From NCBI RefSeq assembly GCF_009914755.1, contig NC_060928.1: a stretch of DNA of 64,000 bases. One strand, 5' to 3'. The notes beneath the pieces are model-generated. The model was not told the DNA's origin, ran no database searches, and saw only the letters and a list, made by a program, of their open reading frames with translations. This DNA comes from the human T2T-CHM13v2.0 reference genome, Homo sapiens. The position numbers were made by a program, and so were the translations under genes. This document shows, one piece after another, positions 1 through 16,119 of the stretch (its first letter is position 1; each line of letters opens with the position of its first letter).

Positions 1-99
1 TGTTGCCCAGGCTAGGCTCAAACCCCTGGCCCCAAGCAATCCTCCTGTGTCAGCCTCCCAACATGCTTAGATTACAAGCATGAGCCACTGTGCCTGGCC
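1..99 (-). mobile_element. Alu (J-type/FLAM) left-arm fragment, cut by the window edge
   Basis: tgttgcccaggct...gcaatcctcctg...attacaagcatgagccactgtgcctggcc is the reverse complement of the Alu 5' end. Confidence 0.9.
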
Positions 100-1110
100 A
101 AGAACATCTATATTTTTAATGTAAATCAATATTGCCACATCACTTTTCTAAACGGCTAGAACAAATCATTTTTATGCCAACAATATTTAAGAATATTATC
201 TCTTGAATCTTCACCAATAGTAGATGTTATCATTTTAAAATATCCTTTGAAATCTAATAGGTCATTGATATATCATTGTTATGTTAATTTGCACTTACCT
301 GAACAATAGAGAGAATGAAAATATTTTCGGACATCTTAGCCGCCACCTGTATTGGCTTTGTTATGATTTCAGTATTCTATCTTGTGTTCATTTATCTGTT
401 GAGTTGTTTCTTTGTATTATTAATTTATAAGTGTCATTGTATATTATATAATTAATCTTTTGTTAGTCATGTACCTTACAAATAGTTCTCAAGTTTATAA
501 CTATAAACTGGTTTTGTTGATTTTTTTACAAATATGTTAATGTTTATGTAGTCAACTATGTATCTTTTCTTATTCTGATTCACTTGCTTTTTTATTTAAT
601 TTCTTTTTCATACGTATTCTTCAGGTCAAGTATGTGGCTGTCATAGTCATCACTGCTATCTGCAAATGTTTGCATGTCATTCTATCACCTGGACAGGTAG
701 ACGATGTCCTTGATATAGTCTTTTCTTTCAATAGTTTATAGACGTAATTCCCCCATTTTCTAGTGCCCAAAGATGTAGTAAACGTTCATTATTAGATGAT
801 TTACTTTTCTTTTGTAAGTTACTTCTTTTTTTCTGACAGAAAGGTTACAATTGTATATGTTTCTATTTTGATCAATTGATTGATTGGTACTTGGAATCTG
901 GTAGGTAACTTTTCTTATCAGCCTTACCTAGAACTAAGTCAGCCCTGTCTGCTTAAGTATTTATTCAGCTCAGGCGCATTAGATACTCATTGTAGCCTCA
1001 ATTTCATCAATTACTTCTTCTCTTCTTGAAATGTATATTATTTAAATAGTAACCTCCTCAATCTTCCAATTTACCTCCAATCTTGTACTTCCACTGCCCC
1101 AGACAATATC
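100..1110 (-). mobile_element. Ancient degraded L1M-type LINE fragment
   Basis: T-rich sequence with L1-like motifs (tatcattgttatgttaatttgcac, ttaatcttttgttagtcatgt); boundaries approximate. Confidence 0.45.
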
Positions 1111-1127
1111 TGAAAAGCCCTGAATTC

Positions 1128-1428
1128 TTTTGTTTGTTTGTTTTGGGAAATGGTCTCACTCTATTGCCCAGGTTGGAGTGCACTGGCGCTATCTTGTCTC
1201 ACCACAGCCTCGACCTCCTGAGGTGATCAGGTGATCCTCCCACCTCAGCCTCCCAAGTAGTTGGGACTACAGTTGTACGCCAGAACATCCAGCTAATTCT
1301 TTGTAATTTTGTTGAGACAGGGTTTTGCCATGATACCTAGGATGGTCTCGAACTCCTGGGCTCAAGTAATTCACTGCCTCTGCCTCCCAAAACGATAGTA
1401 TTACAAGTGTGAGCCACTGCACCTGACC
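1128..1428 (-). mobile_element. AluJ-type SINE
   Basis: Full dimer in reverse orientation; TSD ctgaatt(c/a)tttt at 1120-1131 and 1429-1440. Confidence 0.92.
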
Positions 1429-1543
1429 CTGAATTATTTTAATGCAGGTAGGTATTTGAAAGCCTAGGAATGAGGGCTAGTTATTTCATGGTTTCTGACA
1501 TGTCATTGCTTCCAGGCCTACTCGGTGAACAAAGCATGAAAAT

Positions 1544-1544
<1 letters not shown>

Positions 1545-1585
<41 letters not shown>
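1545..1585. repeat. (GT)n microsatellite, about 20 units
   Basis: Perfect dinucleotide run. Confidence 0.98.
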
Positions 1586-1586
<1 letters not shown>

Positions 1587-1587
1587 A

Positions 1588-2014
1588 TGTGATGGGTCTA
1601 AAAATGTATCTCCCTAGTGACTTCACGAAAGGACTGTGTGAGTTCTCTCAGCTGCTGGGAGTACACTTAGCAGCAAACATGAGCTCCCAGGCCCTACAGG
1701 GTCTATATTTTTAATTTAAATCAATAAAATATTCTTAGCTTCACAGACCTGTCTCACCCAAGTCCATATTCTTCATGAACAAACACACATCTAATGACTG
1801 CCCATCTCGGGATAAAAAGACCTGATGTTTGAGCCCACTGCAGGGTAGGTCTGAAAGGCCATATGTGCTTCAAAGCACCCCTTAAAGTTGGCCAAGTCTT
1901 GAGAATAAATTACTTTTCCCTTTGCCCACCCCCACCCCCGCCTTCTATAGGTGTTCATCCCTTATGAATATCTTGCATATCAAACTCTGGCTTAGTGTCT
2001 GCTTCCAGAGAACC
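1588..2014 (+). mobile_element. Old ERVL-class solo LTR remnant
   Basis: 3' end gaatatcttgcatatcaaactctggcttagtgtctgcttccagagaacc resembles ERVL LTR termini; subfamily unresolved. Confidence 0.45.
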
Positions 2015-2016
2015 TT

Positions 2017-2235
2017 TATATATTTGCACATATACAAGTATATCTATAATATAGATATCTCAGTATAATATATAATATATTAAAATGTATTCATGTTAGT
2101 ATATTTAGTAATATATACATTTATAAGATATATTAAATTTATGTAAGATATTATAATGAATATAATATATTATAATATGTATGTTTTATATATATTTATG
2201 GAATATATACTTATTTTTATTTTTGTATTTATCTT
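2017..2235. repeat. AT-rich low-complexity, degenerate (TA)n region
   Basis: Almost only A/T with tatata and ataata motifs. Confidence 0.85.
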
Positions 2236-2734
2236 TCTATGAACTTGAAAACCATGACTTACAAGATATCTACCCTTCCATACTTTTAGCTTCTTTCACA
2301 GACATAAAATGCCTGCCTCTATCCTTGGTATAGTCACTTATTTGATCAATATCCTTATATGCAATCAGTCTGCTAGCCTCACAGCCATCCTCCTTCCAGA
2401 TGTGCAGACATTCACTTGCCCCTACCCATGCTCCAGCTTCAGCCCACCCTATACAGTGACTTGGGCTCCAACAAACTGAAAAAGGGCTGTGCACCATTGA
2501 GAATGCTGTGCTCACCACACTGGAGCTCTGACGCTCTGTGCTGTACTGCCCCTCCTATCCCCAAACCCATATGGTCACCAAGTCAAATCCATGGCACTCA
2601 GACAGCCTTTGTTGAGGAGCCCTCCCACACAAACACCCACATCATCCTGCCTGGACTTTGCAACCCACTCTGGGCCACAGTAGCTCTTTTCTTCTAATTC
2701 TAATGCAGCTTTAGGAAGGGAAGAGGAAGAAGAA

Positions 2735-4790
<2,056 letters not shown>

Positions 4791-4793
4791 GTA

Positions 4794-5120
4794 CAGTCAC
4801 ACATCACTTAATGACTAGGATACCGTCTGAGATATGCGTTCTAGGTGATTTCGTTTTTGTGCAAACATCATAAACTGTGCTCACACAAACCTGGACAGAA
4901 CAGCCCACTACACATCTGGACTCTATGGTACAGCCCGTTGCTTCTGGGTTACACACCTGTACAGCATCATACTGTACTGAATACTGGGGGCACCTGTAAC
5001 ACAATGATAATTTTTTTATTTAAACATAGAAAAGGTACAGTAGAAATACATTATTATAATCTCATGAGCTCATCATCTTATGTATGGTCAGTCATTGAAA
5101 TGTTGTGTGATGTATGACTG
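4794..5120 (-). mobile_element. Tigger3a/MER7-like (TcMar-Tigger) non-autonomous DNA transposon
   Basis: Termini cagtca...tgactg with TA on the left; internal cctgtacagcat...actgtactgaatactg and aaacatagaaaaggtacagta. Confidence 0.85.
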
Positions 5121-5883
5121 TGTTTAGTAATATTATTATGTGAACATATGATTTATCAAAAATATTACATCCACCACAAATTGTAAGCTATGTTTTAAGA
5201 TTTCCATAAATATTTCAGAGATTATGTATTATCATGAAAGAGCCGCCCAGTAAATGAAGAGAAGATAGCTCTGGTCTAGGTCCTATGCCCTCAGATGATA
5301 CATAGCCTGCTTTTAAAAATATCTACCATTAACTATATTATAGTTTTACATATGAGAATATAATCCCAGTCCTTATCTTTATTTTTTTCCAGAAGGTTCT
5401 TTCAGCTGTCTGTCCATGTACTGAGATGGTGTAATTTATTTTCCAGAACATAAATCTATTTCTAATACTATATGAACTTTCTGATTGTCCTTATATATTA
5501 GCATCTAGCAACCAGTCATCAAAGTCTGGAGGTCCTCTCCTGGGAGAAGAATAAAAATATAAGGCTCTTCTTTATAAGATGAGATCATTATTGGTGTAAA
5601 GCAGAGTGGATTTCAAGATATCATACTATTCAATTAGACAATCAGGAATTCAAGCTTAAAAATTCTTCCTTACAAAAGCAGGACATAGAACGAAGTGACA
5701 CATAGATCATGTCACTGATTTCTATGTATCAGCATATCAGCATCTTCTACTTCAAATGTCTTTTTATTAAATATATAAGGGTTTCAGTTTCACCTATTTC
5801 TTTTTCTTTAAGCACAAAGCAATGTCTGAAGGATGGCCTATAGATTAAAATTGTTGGGCTTGTCTAAAAGAATATTCTCTGAA

Positions 5884-5890
5884 TGCGTGT

Positions 5891-5930
<40 letters not shown>
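5884..5930. repeat. (TG)n microsatellite
   Basis: Dinucleotide run; it accounts for the CVCV and HTHT ORFs. Confidence 0.97.
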
Positions 5931-5932
<2 letters not shown>

Positions 5933-8076
5933 CATACATTTGTGTGATACCAAAGTTCTGTCCTGCTGAGAACTATCTAAAGAAACACCATCATGAAATG
6001 TCACAAAAGCCATTATGCTTTTAAAGAAATGACAGCCTAAACCCATCAGCTATAGGGGAAGGAGGAAAAAGAAAAGAGTGAATATATGAGAAATGAAAAA
6101 TGAATCAGACATAGATGATGTAGTTGCCTTATCTAGATTATTTCTCCTTCAATTCATTCTACAATTGTTTAATAAAATTTTCTAGAGTGGCAGTACAAGC
6201 AATACCAGTGATACCGCTATGCTGATAGATCAATTGTAGTATAAGACTATTATAGCAATTTTGTGGAGAATTAGTTTTTTTCTCATATATTGAAGAACTT
6301 ATTGATGAATGGAAAATTTCAGAATTGTGAATGTGCATTTTTAAAACAAATTTGATCTTCAGAAGAAAAGGAGAAAATGAACATTTTACTTAGTTTATAC
6401 ATTTTTAAGTATTTTATCCAGAAATGGCTATTACCACATTTTCCTGCTTGATTATGGGAATCTACAATTAATATCACGTTACTAGTTCAGATATGCCACA
6501 TCTTAAGGATAATTCTTTAGTGAATGGAACCAGTGAGTCTCACACAATAAAGTAATATGTTGCTGTAAACCCTCTAACATTTGGCCTTGAATTTTGCTAT
6601 TAGTCATTCTCTATTTTATTGGATCTTTGTAGGCCTAAAGTGCATATAAAATGCTGCAGAGTATTAAATCTTGATTTTACATAACTGACACTAATGTATA
6701 ACTTTCATTTTTTAATCATCAACAGATGCAGCAAAATATAACTTTCATTTCTGAATAACCCATGTAGTTAACCATAGCAGGGATGGCAAGGCAACAGTAT
6801 ACACTGTCAGACTTTAGATAACTCGATTTAACATCAGCAATTCTGCTATGTCCATGCACTTTACATAATATTTCCAACACATAATTAATTCTCTAACAGA
6901 AAAAAAAAGTTATTAGCTTTTAGTATGTCTCCAGGCCATGTTTTTCCTATATACCCAATTTATTCATCTTAGAAGTATATAAAAGGAAGCCCTTGACAGC
7001 TATTTCTTGCTTAGGTTGAGGCAGCAGTATACTGTTAGTATACTACATGGATCTCAAAATTTTACTAGATTCCACAGAATGGCTGAAGTGAATACAGATT
7101 TTAAGTGTCAAATCATACATAGCAAACATATTATTGTCTTTGGGATTTATACGTTGTTGAGAATCAGAGAAATTATCAATGGCAATATTTTTTCTTCTTT
7201 GAAAGATCCCCAAAAACCAGATTTTAATTTATTTCTGTTTGGCTTGGAGTTTACTATTTGAAATGCTATTTGCATCCTCCAAAGACTAAAGCATAGGAAG
7301 CAGTGTCTTGTCTCAGCATTTTAACCAATGCTTGAAAAAGGCAAAAGCTCAGAAAGAGCTCAAAAAGAAAAACAGGAGATGATGTGAAGTCATAACTTCA
7401 TCTTTCATTTGAACAATGTATAATATATATGTAAATTTGAAGCATTTTTAAACTGGCATTTATGGTTAAATATATTTCTTTTTAAATACCATCTGAGATG
7501 GATAATAAGCCATCTCTAATAAGGCTGCTTATTGTAGAAAGAGAAGTGATGCAGACACACTGCTCAAAGTTCACCTGTGCAGTTATTTCTTTGCTTTCAA
7601 CATTATCATTCAGAAGCACCAACTTGCCACTTCTTAGTCATCAACAGAGGCAAAGAGCACACAAAAGACATTATTCTTGACAGGGGGTCTTTTTTGTAGG
7701 ACTCCTTTATTTCTTAGTGAGATATTTTACTTTCACCCCTACCACATCTACATTATTGAATACAGGAAATCGAAAATCAATCTACTTATGTTGGGTTTTG
7801 CAACCAAAAAGGGCAATCATGCATTACGCATTTAAAGAAATAGCAAAAAGGGCAACCATGCCCAAACACACACAGACTCACTGAGAAAAAGGCAGTGTGA
7901 CTCACTGAAAATTTGGCCTTCATGCTCAAATATGGTTTCAATGTGAATTTAAATCGTGTTAACCTTGGTTTATCCACAGTATAATATTTCCGGTGAAGAA
8001 GGATTCTAATTATTTAGTGAGTATTTTTAAATAGTAATTAAAATAATATCAAAAACCGTCAAGTCGAATGACTCAC

Positions 8077-8114
8077 ATGGAGAGGAACACCAAACTCCAC
8101 AGAATTCTGCACAC
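8077..8114 (-). other. Candidate 38-nt spliced exon (gene unidentified)
   Basis: Minus strand: ttctgcttttttcgttgttgttcatgtgtcAG|gtgtgcagaattctgtggagtttggtgttcctctccat|GTGAGT, in non-repetitive DNA. Confidence 0.4.
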
Positions 8115-8359
8115 CTGACACATGAACAACAACGAAAAAAGCAGAACTTAAAGCATGTAATATATTCATTATTTCTAAGGTATAATTCACTATTATCTCT
8201 AAAAACCAAAGCATTGCTAGTGGTACATAATTGAATTTGAATAAGAGATCCAAAGACACTCTCCTTCTGTCAGAAATAGCACCCACCTGACTCTTTTAAA
8301 GCACTGAATATGTTCAGTTGCGTTTAATTCTATTTATAAGAAAATAAGACTCTTCCTAA

Positions 8360-8530
8360 TTTATTTTTCTCAACAATCCAGTAATAGAAAGGAATTATTA
8401 CTGCCATTTTAAAAATAAAGAAACTGAGTTCAGCTGGAGGTTAAAAGTGTTTTGCAAGACCAGACAATGCTGACAAATGTCAAACACAACACAGAAAATG
8501 CATCTTGTGCCTCTCGGCACATTGCCCTTC
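8360..8530 (-). mobile_element. MIR SINE remnant
   Basis: MIR core ccattttaaaaataaagaaactgagttcagctggaggttaa. Confidence 0.6.
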
Positions 8531-9144
8531 CTGTCATTTCCCCATGCAAGGGCTCACTCTTCTGATGCTGTCTCTAAGAGTTCAGGAACACTGAAACAAA
8601 GTTATCAAAGACTACATATTTCACAAATAGCTTCTAATAAGTTGCTTAGGGAGTGAAAGTAGACATTAGGTGAAGAACTGAGAATACAATTTATTTATAA
8701 TTTATTTATACTTTGCTTTTTTCTGAAACGAATTATCTTAAGATATCATCTGGAAATATTGAGCCAACTTTAGAGGGCAATTAAGATATAACTTTTGAGT
8801 AAATAATGTATTTTTACACCAGGTTTTCTCTCTATTCACTGAGGAAATATCTGCAGATAAAGATAAATTCAGAAAGAAAGATTAGGTTAGATTTAGTCAT
8901 TTGGATCAATGTAGAACCTATTATGGTCTAAGTATTATATTGATTATAATTTCTATCAATTTAATTCATTCCACTTGGCTCTGAAATCTCCTCTGGAGAT
9001 TCCAAAAGGAATTAGAACTCAGATTACTGCTTCTTTTGATACATCTAATGGCACAGACCTTAATAATTTAAAAACTTTAATGACTGGTGTTTTTGACAAG
9101 TTTAAAAAGCTATAGCTCCTCTGTGTGTGTAAAATCCGTTAATT

Positions 9145-9331
9145 CAGTGATTCTCAATCTATGGACCCGGTACCAGCAATGTCAGCCACATGTCAGGTCT
9201 TGTTAGAAATGCTAATTGTTGGCCTCATCCCAGATCTATGGAATCAGAAACTCTGGTCGGGTGCTCAGCAATCTGGGTTTTCACAAGCCCTCCAGCTAAT
9301 TGTGACACTGGCCAGTGTCTAAGAATCACTC
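9145..9331. mobile_element. MER5A (hAT-Charlie) MITE
   Basis: cagtgattctcaa...cttgttagaaatgc...gaatcagaaactctgg...aagccctccag...agaatcact; about 187 bp. Confidence 0.85.
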
Positions 9332-9510
9332 CAATAAAGGAAGCATCATGTAGGCAGAGCATTCTTTAATCTTTATGAGAAGAATTGAGAGATAAGCGTA
9401 TTCTTCTTGACTGTTAAACACTGAACATTGGTAGAAATCAGGAGAATGGAATTTTGTTTGTTTACCACATCCATTTTTATAACTATACAATAACCAATTG
9501 ATAAAAATAG

Positions 9511-9807
<297 letters not shown>

Positions 9808-11216
9808 GGAAAGTCATTTTTAAAGAGCTGATTAAATCAGCCTTATGGTCCTTGTCTCAAGGTACCTGCTGTCTGTCCCTTTCTGCCATGGTCCACATAG
9901 ATAGCTTCATACATTTTTTAAAGAACTGTGTTTCTTGAATTTGAAGAAAAAAGATTATTCGTAAGATTTTTCTAGGAGAACCTAATTTTGTCTTTTTAAT
10001 ATCATTTTGTAACTTTTCCAAATTTCAAAAAATAAATCTCAGAATAGTGTGTTGTATATGTTTCATATAAACATTTTCTGCTTTATCTGTTGAATGTAAA
10101 CATTTCTGTTTAAAATGTAGGTTTCAAAGAAACTCTTTTTAGAGTTTATGACAATAAGAAAAGATTTAATACGTTTAAACATTTTCATTAATGACATATT
10201 AATCCATACCTATGTGAGGATGCAAGTTATAATTAATTGAGCCAGTTTTTGTAATCTGCTGTAGATTTTATGCATATAATATAGGCATTGTGGTTTTAAA
10301 GATGCATACCTAAGTATAAGCCTACATTTTAGAGAATAATAGTTGTCAACTCAGATATTTAAAATATGTATATAACATAAAGGTAGTTGAAAGTGCTAGT
10401 TGACTTTTTACAAAGATAACTGTTTTTGTTGTTCATTTCGAAAACACTGAAATGGTGGAGAAAACCCGTGGACATCTATAAGCCTGCCTACTAGACATTT
10501 TGTCTCTAAAGATGAAATGGGAAGTGCACTTAAAAGTTTCCTTTGGTACTTTCAAAGACAGCAGAGGATTTTACTTTGCATATAGCATATCTTTGCTTCC
10601 CATGTGCTTCAAAGGATTAAACACCAAAGTCTCCATTAAAGGCAGCTATTTTCTCTGATTTTGATATTGGCCTGATATTTTTGATAGATATTCTGATCAG
10701 GGCAACATCAGGAACCACAGATATAAATAAAGGAACTTTCTGCTGTCCCTCCACACAGTTTTAAAAATGTATACATTTGTTAATCTTGTATTACAGAAAG
10801 AGTCAGTATAGGAAATATATCTTAAGGAATATTTTTTTCCTTGACTCTCCTTGTTCCCCCTACTCTGACACTTTCTCCTTTGAAAAAAATAGATTATAAT
10901 GGCTAAATCTAAAAATGATATCTTCCTCTACAAAACAAAAAGTTAAAATCTGACTGGCATTCTCATTAGAGGTGAATAAATGGGACGGGAAACAAGTTTA
11001 TGTTATTAGGTTGTGCCTTTTTAAATTTCAAAGTGGTTGTGGATTTTACTCTCTAATGTGTGAAGTGGAGGTGAATAGATACTGACTACTGGCCATGAGC
11101 TTTGGCGATACTGCTTGGAGTGGGTTGGAGGGGGACGGTAGGCAAATTAAAGGGATGCAAGTGGATTCAGGAAAATGAGAAATCTATACCCTTAGCTGGG
11201 ATTTCTTTTCCAAATA

Positions 11217-11490
11217 TAGTCACCCCTTGGTATCTGCAAGGGATTTGTCCCAGGCCCCCTGCAGACACCAAAATCCACACATAGTCCAGTCCCACAGTCA
11301 GCCCTGCAGAACCCAGTATCGGAAAAGTCAGCCCTTCGTATCTGCGAGCTTATCATCCCACTAATAGATTTTCAGTCTTTTTTGATTACAGATGCAGAAC
11401 TTGAGGATAGGGAGGGCAACTATTTGTTAAACAAAATGAGTGAATAAGTGGCCTGGGCAGTGCAAGTCTGTGTTGTTCAAGAGTCAACTG
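11217..11490. mobile_element. MER8/Tigger2-derived MITE
   Basis: Start tagtcaccccttggtatctg...caccaaaatccac; end gtgttgttcaagagtcaactg followed by TA. Confidence 0.8.
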
Positions 11491-12249
11491 TATGTTAAAA
11501 AATAATACTCCCGTCCTTGATTGTAACTTAAGATACCTCCCTTAAATCAGAAGACTCTCCATGTAACAGGTTATTGAATTGTGCAAAATATGAGGGGTCA
11601 TTCTCCCCAGAATTTTCTAATCAACAAATTTCAAACATTTGATGTCCACCTTTATATCACTTATAATTTCCTTTCAGAAGTTTTAACAGATTCATTTTTT
11701 AATTTAGATTATGATTAAATATTTTATATACGAGATTTATAAATTTTTGAGCTGAATTACATATTAAAGAGGAAGAAAAGGTATTTTCTATCTCCCCTCC
11801 TACCAGATGGTTAAGAATGGAAACAAAAGTTAGTGAAGATTGAGTAAATATAACAGTCTCAACTCAAATGAACCAACCCCTTCCCATTCCAAACATACAA
11901 TAAATTATAAACACAAGTACATGCATACACACACACACATTCAATAGGAATAAAAGTTAATATCATGGTGTTATTTTTTAAAAAGTAGAGACTCAACAAA
12001 GAGAGGCATATATACGAAATCCCAATGATTTGGGGAGTTTCACTCTTTCTATATAATCCTTGATGGTTAGGGAGTTTAATTTTAATATGCCTGAAGGAAC
12101 ACAAGGTCTCAGAACTGCTGAATGTGATTCTCTGGAAATGAGAACCCTTCCAAACAGCCAAAAGCCTCAAAGAACTGATTCATTTATAAAACAGGGATGA
12201 CAAAAGTTCTGATGTTCAACTTGGGGAAGCAGCCCGCAACTGTACAATC

Positions 12250-13200
12250 AGGTCCCAACATGAGTGTGGGCTAAATTCACATTGCCACTTGTTTTAGGAC
12301 CTCAAGCCAAGATTATGAGGAAAACTTGCATGAAAATAATAAAACCATCAGAGACCTGGTGGTAGAAAAATTTAATAATTCTTTTTGAATGTACTGTAAA
12401 CAAAAGTCAATGATTTACTAAACCAGACAACACTGGAAAAACTTCATATAATGGGATAATTTGAAAAAGATTGTAAAAATCTTTAAGATGTTTAAAAGCG
12501 TAAACTAAACTGTAAAACAAGAATAATGTATGAAAAAATGTACAATCAAATTATAAAAAGAAGCTAAACAAATTCTAGAAAAGAAAATAAAAGCATTGAA
12601 AAAAAATCATATTAGGTGAATTAAACAGCAAAGTCGACATAGCTGAAGAGAGAATCAGTGCATTGTAGAAAAATCTGTAGAAATCAAGTTAAATAATTCA
12701 TTGAAATAAATGGATGGAGAATACAAAGAGGAAGCAGCTAAAACAGAAGATAGAATGAGAAGGTCCAGCATACATTCATGAGAATTTCCAAAGAACAAAA
12801 TTCAGAGAATAAGGGAATAGTATTTTCCCATAGGTATGCCAAATTATTTCATAGAATTAGAATTCTCAGATAAAAATGGCTCCTTGACTCCTAAGCAAGG
12901 TAAGGAAAAAGCAATCTATACCTAAACATACCATAAAAATAGAAGATCCTCAATGAAAAAGAGAAAGTTATTAATCTGTAAGACAAAACATGAGTAACTT
13001 CCTAAAAGGAATAGAAAGTAGTCTGACAACATACTTTTCATTATCCAAAATAAAGCACTGAAGGCAATGGAATGAAAGGGTATCTTGAAACTACTGATGA
13101 AAAATAAGGATCAACCTAAAGTACTATATATAAATAAGTAATTATTTCAAGAGTGAGGACAAAATAAAATAATTTCTAATAAAACTAAGAGAGTTTTCTG
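12250..13200 (+). mobile_element. Ancient L1M ORF1-region remnant (host of the nested cluster; continues at 15480-16027 and 18665-19915)
   Basis: gacatagctgaagagagaatcagtg and tagaatgagaaggtccagcatac resemble L1 ORF1; A-rich plus strand. Confidence 0.65.
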
Positions 13201-13765
13201 GTTGTGGAGACTGTCTGTATAATGGTCCTGTCATTTCTTCTCTTTCTGTTTACCTGGGCCATTTCCCCATCAAGAGATGGAGTCCATTCTTCCACCCCTT
13301 TGAATCTGGACTGCCCTGTGACTGCTTGCCTAATAGAATATGGTAGAAGGGGCTCAGTGATAGTTCTGAACGTATAATTTAGAAAGATTTTCAGCTTTTG
13401 GCTTTTTTTTTTTTTAACTTGTAGGTTCATGGGTACATGAGCAGGTTTGTTATATAGGTAAGTTGTGTGTCACAGGGATTTGGGGTACTGATGATTTCAT
13501 TACCCAGATGATAAGCACTTGATAGGTCATTTTTCGATCTTCAGCCTCCTCCCACCCTCTACCCTCAAGTAGGCCCTGATGTCAGTTGTTCTGTTCTTTG
13601 TACCCATGTGTACTCAATGATTAGCTTCTACTTATAAGTGAGATCATGCAGTATTTGGTTTTCTGTTTCTGCATTAGTTTGCTAAGGATAATGGCCTCTG
13701 GCTCCATCCATGTAGCTGCAAAGGACATATCTCATTCTTTTCTATGGCTGCATAGTATTCAATGG

Positions 13766-13777
13766 TGTATATATGTG

Positions 13778-13823
<46 letters not shown>

Positions 13824-13856
13824 ATATGTGTGTCTATATAATAAAAATGTTATATA

Positions 13857-13896
<40 letters not shown>
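13766..13896. repeat. Compound (TA)n/(TG)n microsatellite in the L1 3' UTR
   Basis: Alternating TA and TG runs. Confidence 0.9.
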
Positions 13897-13905
<9 letters not shown>

Positions 13906-14456
13906 CATTATCTAGTCTACTGTTGATGGGCATTTAGGTCGATTCCATGTTTTTTCTATCATAAATAGTGCCATAATTAACACACACATGCAAGTGTCTT
14001 TATAGTAGAAAGATATATAATACTTTGGGTATGTACCCGGTAATGAGATTGCTGGGTTGAATGGTAATTCTGTTTTAATTTCTTTGGGAAATCACCAACC
14101 TGGTTTCCACAGTGGCCGAACTAATTTAAATTCCCAACAACAGTGTATAAGCATTTCCTTTTCACCACAACCTCACCAGCATCTGTTATTTTTTTCGTTT
14201 TAGTAACAGCCATTCTGACTGGTGTGAGATGGTATCCCGTTGTGTTTTGGATTTGTATTTCTCTAATGATTAGTGGTGATGAGCATTTTTTATATATTTG
14301 TTGGTTGCATGTATTTGTTCTTTTGAAAAGTGTCTTTTCATTTCCTTTGCCCACTTTTTAATGTTTTTTTTTTCTTGTAAATCTGTTTATTATAGATTCT
14401 GGATATTAGACCTTTGTCAGATGCATAGTTTGCAAATATTTTGCTTGATTCCATAG

Positions 14457-14839
<383 letters not shown>

Positions 14840-15479
14840 GTTAATTTCGTTTTTGTTGCAATTGCTTTTGGCACCTTTCTCATGAATTCTTTGCCAGGGC
14901 CTATGTCCATAATGGTATTTCCTAAGTTATCTTCCAGGGTTTTTATAGCTTTAGGTTTTACATTTGAGGCTTTAATCTATCTTGAGTTGATTTTTGTACA
15001 TGGCATAAGGAGTGGGTCCAGTTTCCATTTTCTGCATATGGCTGGCCAGGTATCCCAGCACCATTTATTGATTAGGGAGTCCTTTTGCCCTTTCTTGTTT
15101 TTTTTTTTTTTGACTTTGTTTTGACTCATTTTTTAAGGCCCCAAGTCACAATGTAAGAAGCCTGACCATCAAGCTGGAAAGGGCAAATGAACAAACCTTG
15201 GAAATAGAAGGGGCCAGCTTAGCTTAGACTTCATGTTGTACCTGGCAAAGTGCCAGCCTTGTGAGTAAAGCTATCTTGGAACTTTCAAGAAAGGTCAGCT
15301 TCAAGCTGGATAGTACCAAGTGATTCATTCAGTCAATACCGTACAGAACAGCAGAATCAGCTAGACAACCTCTGCCAGAAATTCTTAGCCATAATATATG
15401 AGACAGAATGGAATGGTAGTTGTTTTAGTCACTAAGTTTTGGGATAGTTTGTCACAGCAATAGATAGCCGTATATTAGT

Positions 15480-16027
15480 TTTGATACAGGCTGAAAGAAA
15501 TAGTAAAGGATATACTTCAATAAGAAGGAAATTGATGCTAGGAGGCAGAAATGACTTGAAGATGGACTAACAGCTAAAAACTTGTATAAACATGTTTTTA
15601 GCCTAAATAAGCATTGTTTGTTAACAAAAACAAATTTTAAAAAACTTGGATAAGTAAAAAACAGATGGAAATAAAATAATAGCAATATATCAAAATTGAA
15701 AAGTTAAGAGATAAGACTTAAAAGTTTCAAAGGCTTTGAAAAAAAATCAGAGGATATTAGAAGTACTAATTAAATTTAAACATTAAGTTAATAATTGTAT
15801 ACAGAAAATGTTTAACAAAAAAATACTATCTAAGATTTATAAACAAATAGGGGAGAAGAAGAAATTAAAAAATTTTCTTAACTTAGTAAACAGGAATTCA
15901 GAAAGAAGCATGAACCTTTTACAATAAGGCAAAAACAAAGTAACGTGGTAGAAAAAAGTCTAAATACATCAGAAATCACAATAAATATAAATAGACTAAA
16001 CTTGTTCATTGAAAGATATTCATTTGA
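15480..16027 (+). mobile_element. Ancient L1M continuation (inter-ORF region and ORF2 start)
   Basis: agtctaaatacatcagaaatcacaataaatataaatagactaaac resembles the ORF2 endonuclease start. Confidence 0.55.
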
Positions 16028-16105
16028 GTGGAGGTTGCAGTGAACCAAGATCACACCACTGTATTCCAGCCTGGGTTACAGAGTAAGACCCTGTCAAAAA
16101 AAAAA
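16028..16105 (+). mobile_element. Severely 5'-truncated Alu (3' end plus A tail)
   Basis: gtggaggttgcagtgaaccaagatcacaccactg...ctgtcaaaaaaaaaa. Confidence 0.88.
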
Positions 16106-16119
16106 TGAAGAAACATATT

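Noticed and set aside
5371-5445. Plus-strand exon after the strong acceptor ctttatttttttccAG
   Set aside because: No convincing donor follows (gtgtaa is weak) and stop codons occur nearby.
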